Origin: the human T2T-CHM13v2.0 reference genome, Homo sapiens
DNA length: 64,000 nt
Direction: 5' to 3' (one strand)
NCBI RefSeq assembly: GCF_009914755.1
Contig: NC_060948.1
In this document: piece after piece, positions 1-14,914 of the stretch
Numbering within the stretch: the first letter of the stretch is position 1
Layout: each line of letters begins with the position of its first letter
Program-made: the position numbers and the translations under genes
The notes under the pieces: generated by a model
What the model saw: the letters and a program-made list of their open reading frames with translations, nothing else
Databases searched by the model: none
Told to the model about the DNA's origin: nothing

Positions 1-119
1 GGAAATTCCTTCAAAATTGAGTGTGCATCTTGCTCCTTTCTTCACCTGTGGCTTTACCTGTTGGGTTATTTACCACTGAGGTTAATCACTGGCTTTGTCA
101 CTCTGCATATTTTACTTGA

Positions 120-240
120 TTTCCCTAACTACAGGTTTCTTAATTGTAAAATGAATAAATGAAACCTATGTCATTTTGTGGGATGATTACATAGGGTGAG
201 TATGTAAAATATCAAGGCACATATCTGCCACATAGATTTG
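120..240 (+). mobile_element. MIR-like SINE fragment
   Basis: Degenerate MIR core: gtttcttaattgtaaaatg...tatgtaaaatatcaaggcacatatctgccacatag. Confidence 0.5.
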
Positions 241-1839
241 GTCACTATAATAATAATAATAATTATAGTCAAGGTATATTGCTGCATTAGTGATATTTTT
301 GTCAACCTATTGACAACGGTTGCCATGCCTACTTTTGGAACCCCAGGCAACAGTTGCCATGTCTACTTTGGGAACTTCAGTCACCCTTCCATGCCCTCAG
401 AAATGTGCCTTCTGTATGAAGACCAAATGCTGCACTCCCTTGCTAATGTGATACAGACAGGTAAAGAGGAAAAATAGAGTCTTGTCCCCAGGAAACAGCC
501 TAGTTGATCAATGAAGACACAGACAAAAATAAAGTATATCATTCAGCAGGAAAGGGTGTGATAAGACCCCAAAGAGGAAGACAGTAAGTGCAGAGATAGC
601 TGAGGGTCCCCTGATCTCATCCAGAGATAAGATCCTGCTCTTCTGCCTAGGAAGAGAAACATCTGGAAGGGAAGGAGGTCTCATTTGTGCCCATGTCAAG
701 GATTCTAGACCAAGGAGCAGGACCCCGCTGACCTGACTCAAGAAGACTCAAAGCCTTCAAACCAAGATGGTGCTGAAAAAGACCTTCAGGAACTGGCTTT
801 GACCTAGTTCCAAGGTCTGAGGCTGTCCACTTCAGCCCTGAGTCTCTTTAGAATGTGCCTCATTGCTTCCCATTACTGGATGGAGAGGAGCTTGGAACCC
901 TCAAGTTGAGTCCAGGATGTGCTCAGACAGGTGTGGTCCTTGGAAGTCCCGGCAGGAGCTAACACTGCACAGGGGAAGCAGGGGAAGTTTTAACTATGAA
1001 ACCCCTCTAGCATATAGCCCTAATATTTGTTTCTTCTCAGCCTTAACTCCCAATAATTCCTTCACATACCTAGGGTTTTAGCCAATCATATGAACCTACA
1101 CACTGGGCAGCAAGCTGAGAGTGGCCATCATGTAGGAAATTCTGCAGAGCTGCTCTGCCCCAGCCCCCAGCATCCACATGCTGTGCTGCTCAATGCCTAG
1201 CCCTTTCTTTTTGCAGTTGTCACCCTGTTTATGACCATGCCCCTCTGTGAACTTTTAGCTTGTTACCAAGCCAATGGCTCCCTTTATAAAACCTCAATTT
1301 TATAAAAGGGAATATTATGCCCTATTAAATATGTTCTCTTAACACTTCATTTTCCAGTGATTAAAACGTGCCTACCATTTGTCCAGCGCTAGCCTCTGCC
1401 CAATTGAATTACTTCTCTCATGTAATCCCTGCCAAAAATTGTAGTGAAATCCACCCCAGGCTGTTTGTAATGCGTCTCCAGCTTCAGTCCTTGCTTGTTT
1501 CGATGAGGGGCATGGACGTGGGGGAAAAGATGAGGGCCCAGGTGTGGACGTACACAACTCAGTAGGTGGTGTGTAGGTTCTTAGGAGACTGGCTAAAATC
1601 CTGAGAATGTGTAGGAATTATTGGGAGTTAAGGCTGAGAAGGAGTAAAAAGTAGGGCTATATGGTCGAGGGGTTTCATACTTAAAGCATTCATATGGGGC
1701 TGAGATCTTTTAAGCCAGTAATCTTCACATTGAAGAAGAAGATTGCCAATTCTATAGAGTTGAGATTTATTTAGTGGTTTGGGGGATCCTATAATTAAAC
1801 CATTATTGGGAAGGGACATATTCAGATATATTATTGGCA

Positions 1840-2232
1840 GTGGATGGGCACAATGTGGTATATTCATATAGCTGAATCTGACGGTCAAAAAAGATGAAGT
1901 ACTAATATATACTGCAATGTACATGAAGCAAGATTGCTGTAGCATTTAGCATCAAGAAGGCAACACATATTGTATAATTTCGTTTATATAAAATGCCCAG
2001 AAGAGGCAAATAGATAAAGACAGAAAGTAGATTAGTGTTTGCCAGGGTAAGGCAAATAGTGGGAAGACAGAATGGGAGTGACTACAAATAGGTCCAGGTT
2101 TCTTTTTGGGCTGATGAAAATGTTCTACAATTAGATAGTGGTGATGGTTGCATAGCTTTCTGAATATACTCAAATTGTACAGTTTAAATGAGTGCATTTT
2201 GTGAATTGTATCTCAATAAACTTGTTATTAAA
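1840..2232 (+). mobile_element. Old L1 (L1MB-like) 3' end
   Basis: Typical L1MB 3'UTR phrases: gacagaaagtagattagtg, gatgaaaatgttcta, gatagtggtgatggttgca, ending tatctcaataaa. Confidence 0.8.
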
Positions 2233-2749
2233 GTATTTTCTAAAAGATTTTTTTGATTCAATTTTCTTTTCTCATAACTGCAAACACATGTCATCTTGCT
2301 GTATCGATACTGGTATCCTTCATATTAAAATTTTAGACGTTCAAACATAGGAAATGGGTGATTTTATCTCATTTCCACCTTGAACTTCAGAGAACTAGAG
2401 GTCATGACATCTTAGCTGTTGGGTGATGTTTTCTGCTAGCTTTACCACGTATTCCAGCCTAGCATAACCTGACTTAAGAGATCCCAACCAGAGAAAAATA
2501 CATGACCAAAATCTTAGTTATGTGGAATGCAGAAATCCTAATGTTCAAGATAATGAATTACAGTCCAAAAATTTGTTACATACTGAGTGTATCTATTGTT
2601 TCATTTAGTTATCCCAGTGACCTGATGTATGAGATATTGCTGATATGCTTGCTTTATATGTGAATAAACTGAAGCTTGGGGATGTGAAGTCCGTTGTCTG
2701 TGATCATATGTTTGGTGAAAGAGTAAGAGAAGGCTTTCCACATGAGATT

Positions 2750-3108
2750 TGATGTGGTTTGGATTTGTGTCCCTGCCCAAATCTCATGTCAAATTGGAAG
2801 GATGGGAGGTAATTGGATCATGGGGGCAGATTTCCTCCTTGCTGTTCTCATGATAGTGAGTGAGTTCTCATGAGATCTGATGGCTTAAAAGTGCATAGTA
2901 CTTCCCTTTCCACTCTCTCTCTCTTACTCTGCCATGGTAAGATGTGCTTGCATCTCCTCTGCTTTCTGCATGATTGTAAATTTCCTGAGTCTCTCTGGCC
3001 ACACTTCCTGTTAAGCATGCAGAACTGTGAGTTAATGATATCTCTTTTCTTCATAAAATACCCAGTTTTAGGTAGTTCTTTATAGCAGTGTAAGAACAGA
3101 CTAATACA
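2750..3108 (+). mobile_element. MaLR solo LTR (MSTA-like)
   Basis: Starts tgatgtggtttggatttgtgtccc, ends cagactaataca; 5-bp flanks agatt/ggatt (TSD with 1 mismatch). Confidence 0.85.
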
Positions 3109-3966
3109 GGATTTTTCTCCCGATCCCAAACTCTTATTTCTGTAAATTGGTTGACAGCAAAAGCATCCACAGTGCATAAGTTGTAAATTTCCCAAAGTGC
3201 TGATTGTTGGCAGACTGTCTAGTGTTCATTTTCCTGCTTCACTGCTCAAAACACCAAAGTTGCCTCAGACCCTTTTTCATTTCAGACAGCTTGGAATCTT
3301 TACTATTTTATGTGTCTTTGTTTACAGAATGAAATCAGTGACAAAATGAGACTTACATTACAAACACATTTTCTATCACTGAAAGTGAGGCACATCAGGT
3401 TTTGCAAGATTGGGCGTTTGTTAAAATGCAAATATTCAAAAATTATATGCATAAATTATAATTTTAAATTAGAAATCTGTGTATGTGTAGCTTTGTATTA
3501 GAAAAGTGTATAATGGGTCAACATTTTTTCTTTTTCTTTTTGCAGAACAGTGGTTCCCTGCTTTGGTGCCAGAATCACAAGTGATGTTCTAAGGTAGATT
3601 TCCTATACCTGTATGAATGGTGCAAAAACTTCTAATTTGGGAATAATTATAGTTTCACAGAAGTCACAAAGCACAAAGAAATCACGTGTATCCAGTTTCC
3701 ACCAATGGTTGCACTTTAAGTAGTTGTAAACAATATCAAAAGCACAAAATTGACATGCATGCAATGTATGTATATAATTTTGTGACATTTTATCACATGT
3801 AAGATTTGATTTGGGTAGTTATCACTGCCATCAATTTACAGGTGTCAGTGGTTCTATATACTACCTTATTTTATGTTTTGTTTGTAATTTCCTGTTAAAA
3901 AGCATTAAGGAGAAAATGTTTTCTGGTTAGGCCAGAGAGGATTTCATGTATTCCATTTACACTTAG

Positions 3967-4314
<348 letters not shown>

Positions 4315-4616
4315 AATAATTTGCTTTTTAATAAAACAGACTCTTTTCCATTTTTGAGTATTCTTTTCTGCACACTAAAGAACATGATAAACTTTCTTAT
4401 CTTACTTATTTATATGTTTGATATAATACATTTCTTACCTCAATCCCAATACACCACAATTTTTCCTTTTTTAATATTTATATGATAATGCTCCAGCTCC
4501 AGTCTGAAGTACATTTTATAATAAGATTGTATTAATGAGTAAAGTTTACAAAGTTTGCTAAAAATTTTGCAGCAACTTTGGGATCATAATAATGTTTGAT
4601 AAAATTTATTTCATGG

Positions 4617-4899
4617 GGCTGGGCATGGTGGCTCATGCCTGTAATCCCAGCACTTTTGGAGGCTGAGGTGGGTGGATCACAAGGTTAGGAGATCGAGAAC
4701 ATCCTGGCTAACACAGAGAAAATTTACCTCTAATAAAAATACAAAAAATTAGCTAGGTGTGGCGGTAGGTGCCTGTGTCTCAGCTACTTGGGAGGCTGAG
4801 GCAGAAGAATGGCATGAACCTGGGAGGAGGAGGTTGCAGTGAGCCGAGATGGTGCCACTGCACTCCAGTCTGGGTGACAGAGCAGGACTCCATCTCAAA

Positions 4900-4916
<17 letters not shown>
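4617..4916 (+). mobile_element. Alu (AluS/Y-type) followed by (CA)n
   Basis: ggctgggcatggtggctca...poly-A; TSD aaaatttatttcatgg / aaaaattatatcatgg. Confidence 0.95.
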
Positions 4917-4930
<14 letters not shown>

Positions 4931-6520
4931 CAAGAAAAACAAAAATTATATCATGGGTATTACTTTTAGTCCTAAAATAGAAATATACCTTTATTTTATA
5001 AACAAAATTTAATCTAAGGAATATATAATATTGAAATAGCATATTTATAAAAAGGATTGTTTTGTTAAAGGTCTTTCAAATACATAAATTATTATAGAAT
5101 CATATTCCTAAACTAAAAACTTTGTTTCTAATGATGCATTTCCATAATCATGCACATATTTTGTCATTTAATACACATGAATTTTACTTTAAAATAGAGC
5201 AGAATTCTTATGGGAATGTGAAATAATTTGGTGAAGGTAAGCTTTGCTTATTTCTGACTGTCTAGATCGTGGGCAGAAATGAAATGCTTGGTTACAATCC
5301 ACTTATTCTGTTTATGTAATGTCTTAAGCATTTGCTCTGTACAAACATTTTTGGGTATTAATTATATTAAGTGGTTGTCAGCTGGAACTTTGGATAACTT
5401 TTTTTATGCCATCATTGCAGATAAAGCACATAATGTCATGAGGCTGATTAAATTTCATAAGTATTCTTATTGTCCAATTTTTAAAAATTGTGTATTATAG
5501 GAAAGAGAATTTGTTACGTTGGTATTACTTCTTATTTAAGCACTCATATTTTCCATATCCCATCAAGAAATTATCTTTTACAAACTTAGAAGGAATTTGA
5601 ATTGAACAGTTTTATTTGAACTACTTTAAAATTATTGCAGTGAAAGAAATTTGTACATTAGGGACTATAGATGGTTAAACCATAGTTTGCAAATGATTAA
5701 TCAAGGCTGCCATGAGAGACTGAATTCCACAAGAAAAGAAAGCAATCCTTTTTGTCAGAAAGGAAGAATCAATCAATAAGTCACAATTAATCCCAACTGA
5801 AAACTCTGGAATATATTACAAAGCTCACAGAAATTTAAGGTTTGTCTTTAACTTGGGATCCCTGGGAATCTTTGGGAATGAATCTTGCTTATTAATCAAA
5901 GTTTGTCTCCTTTGGATGTTATCATGACTGGATACCTGTGCAGATAATTAGTTTGCATTTCTTTTGGGATTCATGAAGTACTAGGTGGGATTTTTCTCTT
6001 AATGCGTTATGTTAACAAGGTTACTGGTAATCTGTAGTCACTCCGTTTTACAGACAGGGAAAATCAGGCACACATATATTTGATGATGATTCTATAATCA
6101 CTCAGCAAGCCAGTGTAGGCATAACAGATCCCTGTGTCTACACTGTTACATACGGGCCAACAATTCTAGAAACTAGTTTTTATGAATATAGGGAGAGAAA
6201 AGTCAGAAAACCCAGAAGCAGTGTTGACGATACAATTTTCTGATTATCTGTTTGGAAGATTAGGTTTGCATAATGTTTTCTAGAAACCACACACTGTTTA
6301 ATCACTTCTGGTGACCATCTGCAAAGCCTGTCAGCTTCCCCTTCAGACCCCCTGTGGAACAGATCTCATCTAACCACTCTTCCTGTCTCCAGCCTGCCAT
6401 TCTCTCCGGCTGTGATGAATCCAAGAGCATCCTGTTGGGTCTCTCAGCCTCCACTCTTACCCCAAAAAATCACATTTCCTCATGGCTGCTGGAAAGACTC
6501 TTAAAAATACAAGTGGCATC

Positions 6521-6920
<400 letters not shown>

Positions 6921-6990
6921 TCAGATGAATCCAAAGTTTTATGCTTATACTCACTGGTTCTCTATTGTGTGCCTGTGCTCTGCCCCCAAC

Positions 6991-7296
6991 TTTGTTGTTG
7001 TTTGTTTGTTTTTTGAGATGGAGTCGTGTTCTGTTACCCAGGCTGGAGTGCAGTGACATGATCTCACCTCACTGCAATCTCTGTCTCCTGAGTTCAAGCG
7101 ATTCTCACACCTCAGCCTCCTGAGTAGCTGGGATTAAAGGCACCTGCCGTAACGCCCAGCCAATTTTTGTATTTTTTAGTAGAAATGGGGTTTCACTGTG
7201 TTGGCCACGCTGGTTTTGAATTCCTGACCTTAAATGATCTACCCACCTCAGCCTCCCAAAGTGCTGGGGTTACAGTGTGTGCCACCATGCCTGGCC
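6991..7296 (-). mobile_element. Alu (AluS-type)
   Basis: Full reverse dimer; TSD tctg(c/t)ccccaactt. Confidence 0.95.
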
Positions 7297-7807
7297 TCTG
7301 TCCCCAACTTAATCACCTTCTACTCTACCACTTCATGACTGCTTTCCCCTCCACTCAGAATGTTCCTTCCCTTGCCTCACGAACTGTCTTCATTCAGGTC
7401 TTGGCAAAAAAGCCAATTTCTTAGCCATGACTTCCCAGGTCACCCTCCAACATACTTAGAAGCTTTATTGTCCATATTGTGCCCATATGTGATGTTATGG
7501 AGTTACTGCTTTATCTGCTTAAAATCTTCCTCGTTCACCAGAAAAAAGCTTCATGGGGACATGAGGACATACATGCTGTCCTCATTGTTCAATGTGGTGT
7601 CCCCAAAGCATAAACTGGTATTTGGCACATAGTAGCTGCTCAGCAAACATTTTTGATGAATGAGTGAATGAAACAAACACTTATATTGCATAATCCTACC
7701 CAATGTCTTTACCGCATTACCTTCAGGAAAAAAAGCACCATGTCATCCATTCTCAATGTGCATGACTTACTATGTTATTTAGGGAAAGTTTGCTGTTATT
7801 TTTCCTG

Positions 7808-8243
7808 TGTGAAAGTTGATCATATAAATTGAGTCATTTTTGTCATACTCAACTAAGTCAAGGGGCCAGGGGGAGAAAACACAGGGCATGTAATATTTCA
7901 AGAAGATAATTCTCTGCAAGCCTGGCTACTCAAGCTGCCTGCCATAACCTGAAACTGGTTTTATCTATAGCTACTGAAACAAGCTGTTGCAACTTTAAGA
8001 CCAATTTTTCCTACTGTTGTTACTCATCAATCAGAACTTACCAGCTCCCTAAAATTTTATTCCTGCTGGTGAACTTTCTTTCAAAACAACACATAACATC
8101 TCTCCTTTTGGTATAACCTCTTTGTTCTTTGGACATACTGAAGAATACCTGGTCTATCTGTATGCCTCGAATGGAAATTCTTGCTTCCTAAATAAAATGT
8201 TTTAACTGTAGAGATTTGTATCTGTGCTTCATCAGACTTCAAG
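7808..8243 (+). mobile_element. ERV1-class solo LTR (LTR47/MER34-group-like)
   Basis: Starts tgtgaaagttgatcatataaattgagtcatt; TATA-like tataa at ~8112; aataaa at ~8190; subfamily uncertain. Confidence 0.6.
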
Positions 8244-8361
8244 AGTATGCTGGGCTTGACATAATGGAATCAGCACTGTGAGCTCAAGGGTCTTTAGCTC
8301 CTGCACCACTCAACCCTAGAGAATGAGGAAGAGTACCTTATTGCCCAGCACTGGTCTAGGC

Positions 8362-8577
8362 CAGTGGTTCTCAACTGAGGGCGATTTGCTCCCCAAGGAA
8401 CAATTGGCAATGGGTGGAACTATTTTTGGTTGTCAAAGTTGGGAATGAGGAGTTATTAACATCCAGTGGGTTAAAACCAGGGATGCTAATATAGAACCTA
8501 TACTGCATGGAAAGGCCCTCCCACAGCAAAGATTATCTGGCTCCAAATATCGGTAATGCTGAGATTGACAAACCCTG
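8362..8577 (+). mobile_element. MER20 hAT-Charlie DNA transposon
   Basis: Termini cagtggttctcaac ... attgacaaaccctg, ~216 bp. Confidence 0.85.
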
Positions 8578-8759
8578 GCCTACACATTTGGGGAGTTATG
8601 AAAGAAATTAAGAGCATGGTCCTCAGCAGTTTTAATTTATTATATAAAGAAAATAAATGTGTAGTTTACTGAGCACAAGGTATGTGCCAAGTACCATTTT
8701 AGGGGCTCATTATGTCTAGGAATACTGATTGTCATCAAGTACTCTCTAATACTGGTGAG

Positions 8760-9230
8760 AGAGGTTGCTGTTTGCCTCCTAATCCAGTTTCTCCTCCTCT
8801 CTGCTAAAGGAAACCTCATTCCTCACCTGAGCTCATTTTCACCTTGGGTTAAACATCTATATTTCCCCAAGCTCCTTTGCTTCTAAATTTGGCCACTAAC
8901 TAATTTATTGCCCACATGGAATCATTGTGAAGAACTTTCAAAATGTCTTTTTAAAAAGGTAACTGATTTAGCTAGAAAGTGTACTGGTTTGTTCTTTCCC
9001 CCTTGCTCTTTGCTGCTTGTTAGAGGGCATACCAATGGCAAGGGCCCCAGCAGCTTTCTTGGGCCATGAAGTACTTTTGAGGATGGAGTCCAGGCTGAGA
9101 ATACTGACAAGAAAGATAGGAGGAACCTGGGTCTTTGAAGCTATTGAGTCCCCATAGCATCCTTGCACATGAAAAGGAAATAACTTTCTATTTTGCTTAA
9201 GTTACTGTTATTTTACATTTCGTTTTCCCT
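8760..9230 (+). mobile_element. Old MaLR LTR (MLT1J/K-like)
   Basis: aggaacctgggtctttga, aaataactttctattttgcttaagttactg. Confidence 0.55.
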
Positions 9231-9798
9231 ATGAAGATGGAATTGTGTGTGGGCAAACTTAATCTTAGCTTAATCTTGGAATGGCCATCTTCATGTCACA
9301 GATGCTCAGGAAAGGTAGGTGACTTTCTTACAAAGTCACTTATCTAGTAAGTACCAGTAAATCCCCCACACAGGATTTAAACTGTGTTCTGATGGAATTA
9401 AAAGCCAGTGATTTTCTCATTGGGTACCTCACACATATGAAGTCTTATAGAATAACTTTTTAAAACTGATTAAAAATCTCTTGCTCAGTTTGTGGTTGCT
9501 TCTCTTGATGTGCTAAGTTTTTTCCTGAGTCACCCGTATAGCTACTGTGAATAGTGTAATGTCCTGGCAAAACAGTGGCCTAATTGTACTGAATGAGCTG
9601 TATTTTCTCTTTCTTGCTTTTATACCCCCATTGTCCAGTGGGAAGTCAGAAAGATACAGCCTGAAGATGGCTTACTCTTCTAATTCAGCTTCATTTACGA
9701 CCATAAGGCTGCAGTTTGCCCTTGGCCGTTGCAAAATAAACTGTTTGCAAAATTGACATCTAAACACAGTTTCAGTCTTGCATGGTTAAGGGCAAACC

Positions 9799-10019
9799 AT
9801 TCATTCATTCATTCATTCATTCATTCATTCGTTCATTTTTTTGAGATGGAGTCTCCTTCTGTTGCCCAGACTGGAGTGCAGTGCACTGCAACTTATATCT
9901 CTCGGGTTCAGGCAACTCTTGTGCTTCAGCCTCCCAAGTAGCTGGGACTATAGGCATGCACCACCATGCTCGGCCTCCCAAAGTGCTGGGATTACAGGTG
10001 TGAGCCGTCATGCCTGATC
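9799..10019 (-). mobile_element. Internally deleted Alu with (TTCA)n tail
   Basis: Right arm joins directly to the 5' ~50 nt of the left arm (caccatgctcggcctcccaaagtg); middle A-rich linker absent. Confidence 0.85.
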
Positions 10020-10109
10020 AAACCTTTTAAAATATATCAAATATATCCTAAAATGATGTCTTTACAATAACTTATGTTTAGTACTTCAATTTTAGTAGTA
10101 AGTAAATAA

Positions 10110-10433
<324 letters not shown>

Positions 10434-10486
10434 AAGGTCATTTGTCTCTAATCAAGAAATAACTATATACCTTTGGCTTAAAAACA

Positions 10487-10497
<11 letters not shown>

Positions 10498-10548
<51 letters not shown>
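10498..10548. repeat. (TA)n microsatellite, ~25 units
   Basis: Uninterrupted tatata run. Confidence 0.97.
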
Positions 10549-10552
<4 letters not shown>

Positions 10553-11850
10553 AAATTCTATCTAAATAATCTTTGCAATCAATTTTTAATCTTAGTTTCA
10601 TTTTTTTAGTCCAAGCCACCCTAAGAACTTTTTGGAATGAAATGTTACTACAATACTGTAAAACATGCTGATAAAATGGGATATATTTCCATTGTAATGA
10701 TATTTTTAAGTTGGTCCAATCTTAAGAATGTACATTACTTCAAGAACCTGTTTTATTTATTCTTTCTTTCGAATAACAAATAGCTCCATGCCAAATATAA
10801 TGTGAATCAGATCCTATCTTTTTGTATAGGATGTATTATATCCCATATATTATAATGTGGTGGCTGTTCAGCGCTTTCATTTGTGTTTCTAGTTTAACAT
10901 TTTCTTTAAATACATTTCATTTGCTTATTCCAATACAGTCTGATTAATTCTGTTTCAGTAGATGTTCATTGATCATCTACTATGTCCTAGTCCCTAGTGA
11001 TAAAGTGATACTAAATGTGAACTTGGTCTTTGCATTAATTTTTGCTCACTGAGAAAATTCCAAGCTATTATTACTTCACCCCTTCTTAAAAATTCATGCA
11101 ATATTCCTCTGAGTCCCCATTACTTGAAGACTTATATAACCACCTTCTACCCCTTACTTTGCCCGTTAGAGCATTCGTGTACCTTTAGAATCCATTTCTG
11201 CTTTTCTTTTTGCTAACCTCTCAATTCTAACTCTTTTCCAATGTTCTTAGTTTCCTGTGTATTCACCCATTAATGGTTAATGTGTGAATAACTTAGTTTC
11301 TGTCAGGCTCTGTTTATGGTCTCCTGGCTTGATTCTCATGTTCATTACTTATTTGTTACTCTGGGATGGAAATATTTGATAAAGAATGAGAAAACTATTT
11401 GAATGGGCCACAGACACGTGGATCCTAGGACTGACTCTGTTAAGTGTTAGACAGTTTCTCTCAGTAAGGGAACATGGGTGATACAGACCACTGAGATCAT
11501 TGTTTGCATAAATGATGGAGAGAAGAATTCTAAAGCTAGAGGGAATATTTTGGAATATTCCAGTACAATTCTTTCATTGCGCAGTTCAGGAATCTGAGGC
11601 CTAGAGCAATGATATATCCAGCCAAAAACAGCCTCCAGCTCGGAGGAAATGGTTTGTCTTAGATTCTATTTTTCGTTGTACGTAATTTCTCTAAAGGCTC
11701 ACTTAGGAATGATTTGGAACATTTGACAGGAGATTTGAATTGATGGGCAGAAAGCCCTTGTATTTAGTTATAGTACAGAGTCAAAATATTTAAATGTCAA
11801 AATATTTTAATGAGCTGTGTTAACATCTATGTTTCCTAGTAGCTTTTCCT

Positions 11851-12360
11851 GGTAGAGAGGACAAATATTCTTCTCTCTACCCATCCAATGTTGATGACTT
11901 AAATACTTATAACAAAAGATAGATTACAATGAGAAAAACATACAAATTTATTTAGTAAGTTTTACATGATATGGAAGTAAATGATTAATTCCATATATTT
12001 TTATGGTAGCTTTGATAAAGAGTGGATGCTGATGGAGAAATATGATAGAACAAAAAGGGTGTGATGTAGTGGAGATAAACTGGGGAATTTAGCAAGGCCT
12101 GTTTGTTCAGGTTCCTCTCTGTGACCCTTCACCTTCAGAGATGAGCATGTTCCTTTCTTCCAGGAGTCAGGAGGCCCTCACCTGAGTGTCTTCTGACCTG
12201 TTTCTTGGTAATGTTGGAAAAGCTTTCCTAAGCTATATGCCCTGCATCGGGGAGAAGCATATATGTGGGTGAGGAGGGGAGGTCAGAGAGACTTTCCTAC
12301 TTCTGTTTTTTTAATATACCAAGGTGCCATATTTTGAGTAGTGTCTTCTGAATCCCATCA
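11851..12360 (-). mobile_element. ERV1 solo LTR (MER67/MER31-group)
   Basis: Right end ccaaggtgccatattttgagtagtgtcttctgaatcccatca is the reverse of a MER67-type start; tttatt poly-A signal; candidate TSD tcct. Confidence 0.7.
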
Positions 12361-12402
12361 TCCTTTTCAATGTAACTTTTCATTAAACTCAGTGTTCTAG
12401 GA

Positions 12403-12729
12403 TAGGGGTTAGCAAATGACTTCTATAAAAACACCAGATAGTAACCATCTTTGTCTTGGCAGCCAATATGGTCCCTGTTGCAACCACTCAACTCTGCTGT
12501 TGTGGCACAAAAGCAGTAGTACAGAATATATAGACCAAGAAGAGTAACTGTGTTTCAATGAAACATTATTTGTAGATACTAAAATTTGAATATCCCATAA
12601 TTTTCACACATTATAATATTTTACTTATTTTTTTCCAACCATTGAAAATAAAAATAACATAGCTCACTAGTTAAACAAAAACAGGTGACAACCTGGATTT
12701 GGTCTGTTGCTATAGTTTCTAAACCCCTG
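12403..12729 (+). mobile_element. MER58B hAT-Charlie DNA transposon
   Basis: TIRs taggggttagcaaa ... tttctaaacccctg; 8-bp TSD ttctagga/ttctatga. Confidence 0.85.
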
Positions 12730-12814
12730 TTCTATGACATTACAGTCACACAGACAAAACAAAACTGAAACAAAATAATAAAAATGCATTTTTCTGACAA
12801 TACAAAGACATATC

Positions 12815-13115
<301 letters not shown>

Positions 13116-14914
13116 AGACATATCTTAAAACATTCAAAGTCAAACAAAATGGACAGTTTCTGACATCGCTTATAGAACATTCTTTATCAACCTGCGGGGA
13201 TTTGAAATAATGAATAGTAAAAAAAAAAACTTCAAATAAATCACAGTTAACTTTTGAAAATCCAGCGTTAAAATGAGATGATCAGAGTCAAGAACAATTG
13301 TGAAAGACTTGAAAATTGGCAAAAGTAAAGACTATTTTTTCTCTCTATTGCACTTTTCCAAGTTCTGTGCAGTGTTCACTGTCTTTGAACTATTTTCCCT
13401 CTCTGCAAATGGTAGAAAATTGATAATATAGATAACTCTTGTCCATGAAAATGCAAATAAATTGTGTCTAGTGGAATACACTTGATACTTCCTCCAGTAA
13501 TACAACATTTTGTATATATTTGTAAATCCATTCCAGTACCAGCATTCCTTATTTACGCTATTCACCCATCAATCCATCAATCCATCCATCCAACTTAATC
13601 TATCATTTATCTATCTATCTACTGAATTTTTCCTTTGAATCAAATATAACATATGACTATTTCTTGAATTACATAAAATCTGTGGTACATTTTCATTTTA
13701 TATTTGTGTGAGAGTCATGACCTTACTTTATAAAAGATTTCTCCTTTAACCTTCAGCTCAGAGTTATATTTCAAAACATTGACTCTAAGAATGGCATGTC
13801 CCGTAGTAACCACCACATATCTGTGGGAAGTCTGCATGCTTATCTTTCTGCCTTTGGGTGCCAGAAGTGACTGGCTTGATATGGGCGCTACAACTCCAAA
13901 CTGTTAGAAATTTTCTAGCTTTATTCAGGACCAATTTGAGAGGTGAGGAAGACTGGTTTTGTTTGTATTAAAATCTGTACGGCTTTATTTGCCATCTGTG
14001 AAATTTATCAGGTGAGGACCCAACTTCTGAAATACATCTGAATGTGACTATTGAAATTTTTGTTTTGTATGAGATACTTTCTGTGATTTATGTGAATATG
14101 ACAGTAAATCCATAGCACCCAAGGAAGACATTTCTCAGGAGCAAAATGAAAACTCAGACATACATGAAAATCCACTGTGCCCAAGTATCTAAGAACCAAA
14201 GGTGAATTTTTTTTATCTGATTGCAATTCTAATATGTAGTGGATCAAGATTTTAAATGTTTAGATACTTTAGACTTGTTGCAGTACTTACTGATGCTCAT
14301 ACAGTATTTCCTGACTTTATAGATGTTACATTTCAAGAATAATGTTGCTGTTCACCAAACATCTGTTGTCCAACTTATTGATCTCCTTCGGAGTAAACAA
14401 TGATTTCACAGCCAGATCATGTTTGACAATGACTTCAGGAGAAGTGCAGGCTTGTGTAATTCAAAGAGAGAGATTTATGTAGAAAACGTCTCAAGTTGGG
14501 TATAATTAATTCCCCTTCATTTTGGATATTAATGTTATTATTTTGCCAAGTACATGTCTTTACTTCCATGAGATCATGTCTTTATTTTTCATGAGAAAAT
14601 AAATATGATGGGATAATTAACATTAGAAGAGATAAGAGAAATATTCTATTATTTCCTTAAATCAACATTTTGGACTTAACATTTGTGTAGAATGCATGCA
14701 AAAATAAATTGTTAGTGTGTGTGAGGTTTCAACTAGTGTTCTTTTGAAAAAGCCATCTGTATGAACAATATTATATTAGCATGATTAATATAAATCACTG
14801 GATGTAAATTTCTCCAACTGTCCTATAGCATGATGCCAAAAGTTGATTACAAGTAGACTTGGCCTTTTATGCTCAGTAAGACATGATGTCTCTCTTTCTC
14901 TCTGTCTCTATCTC

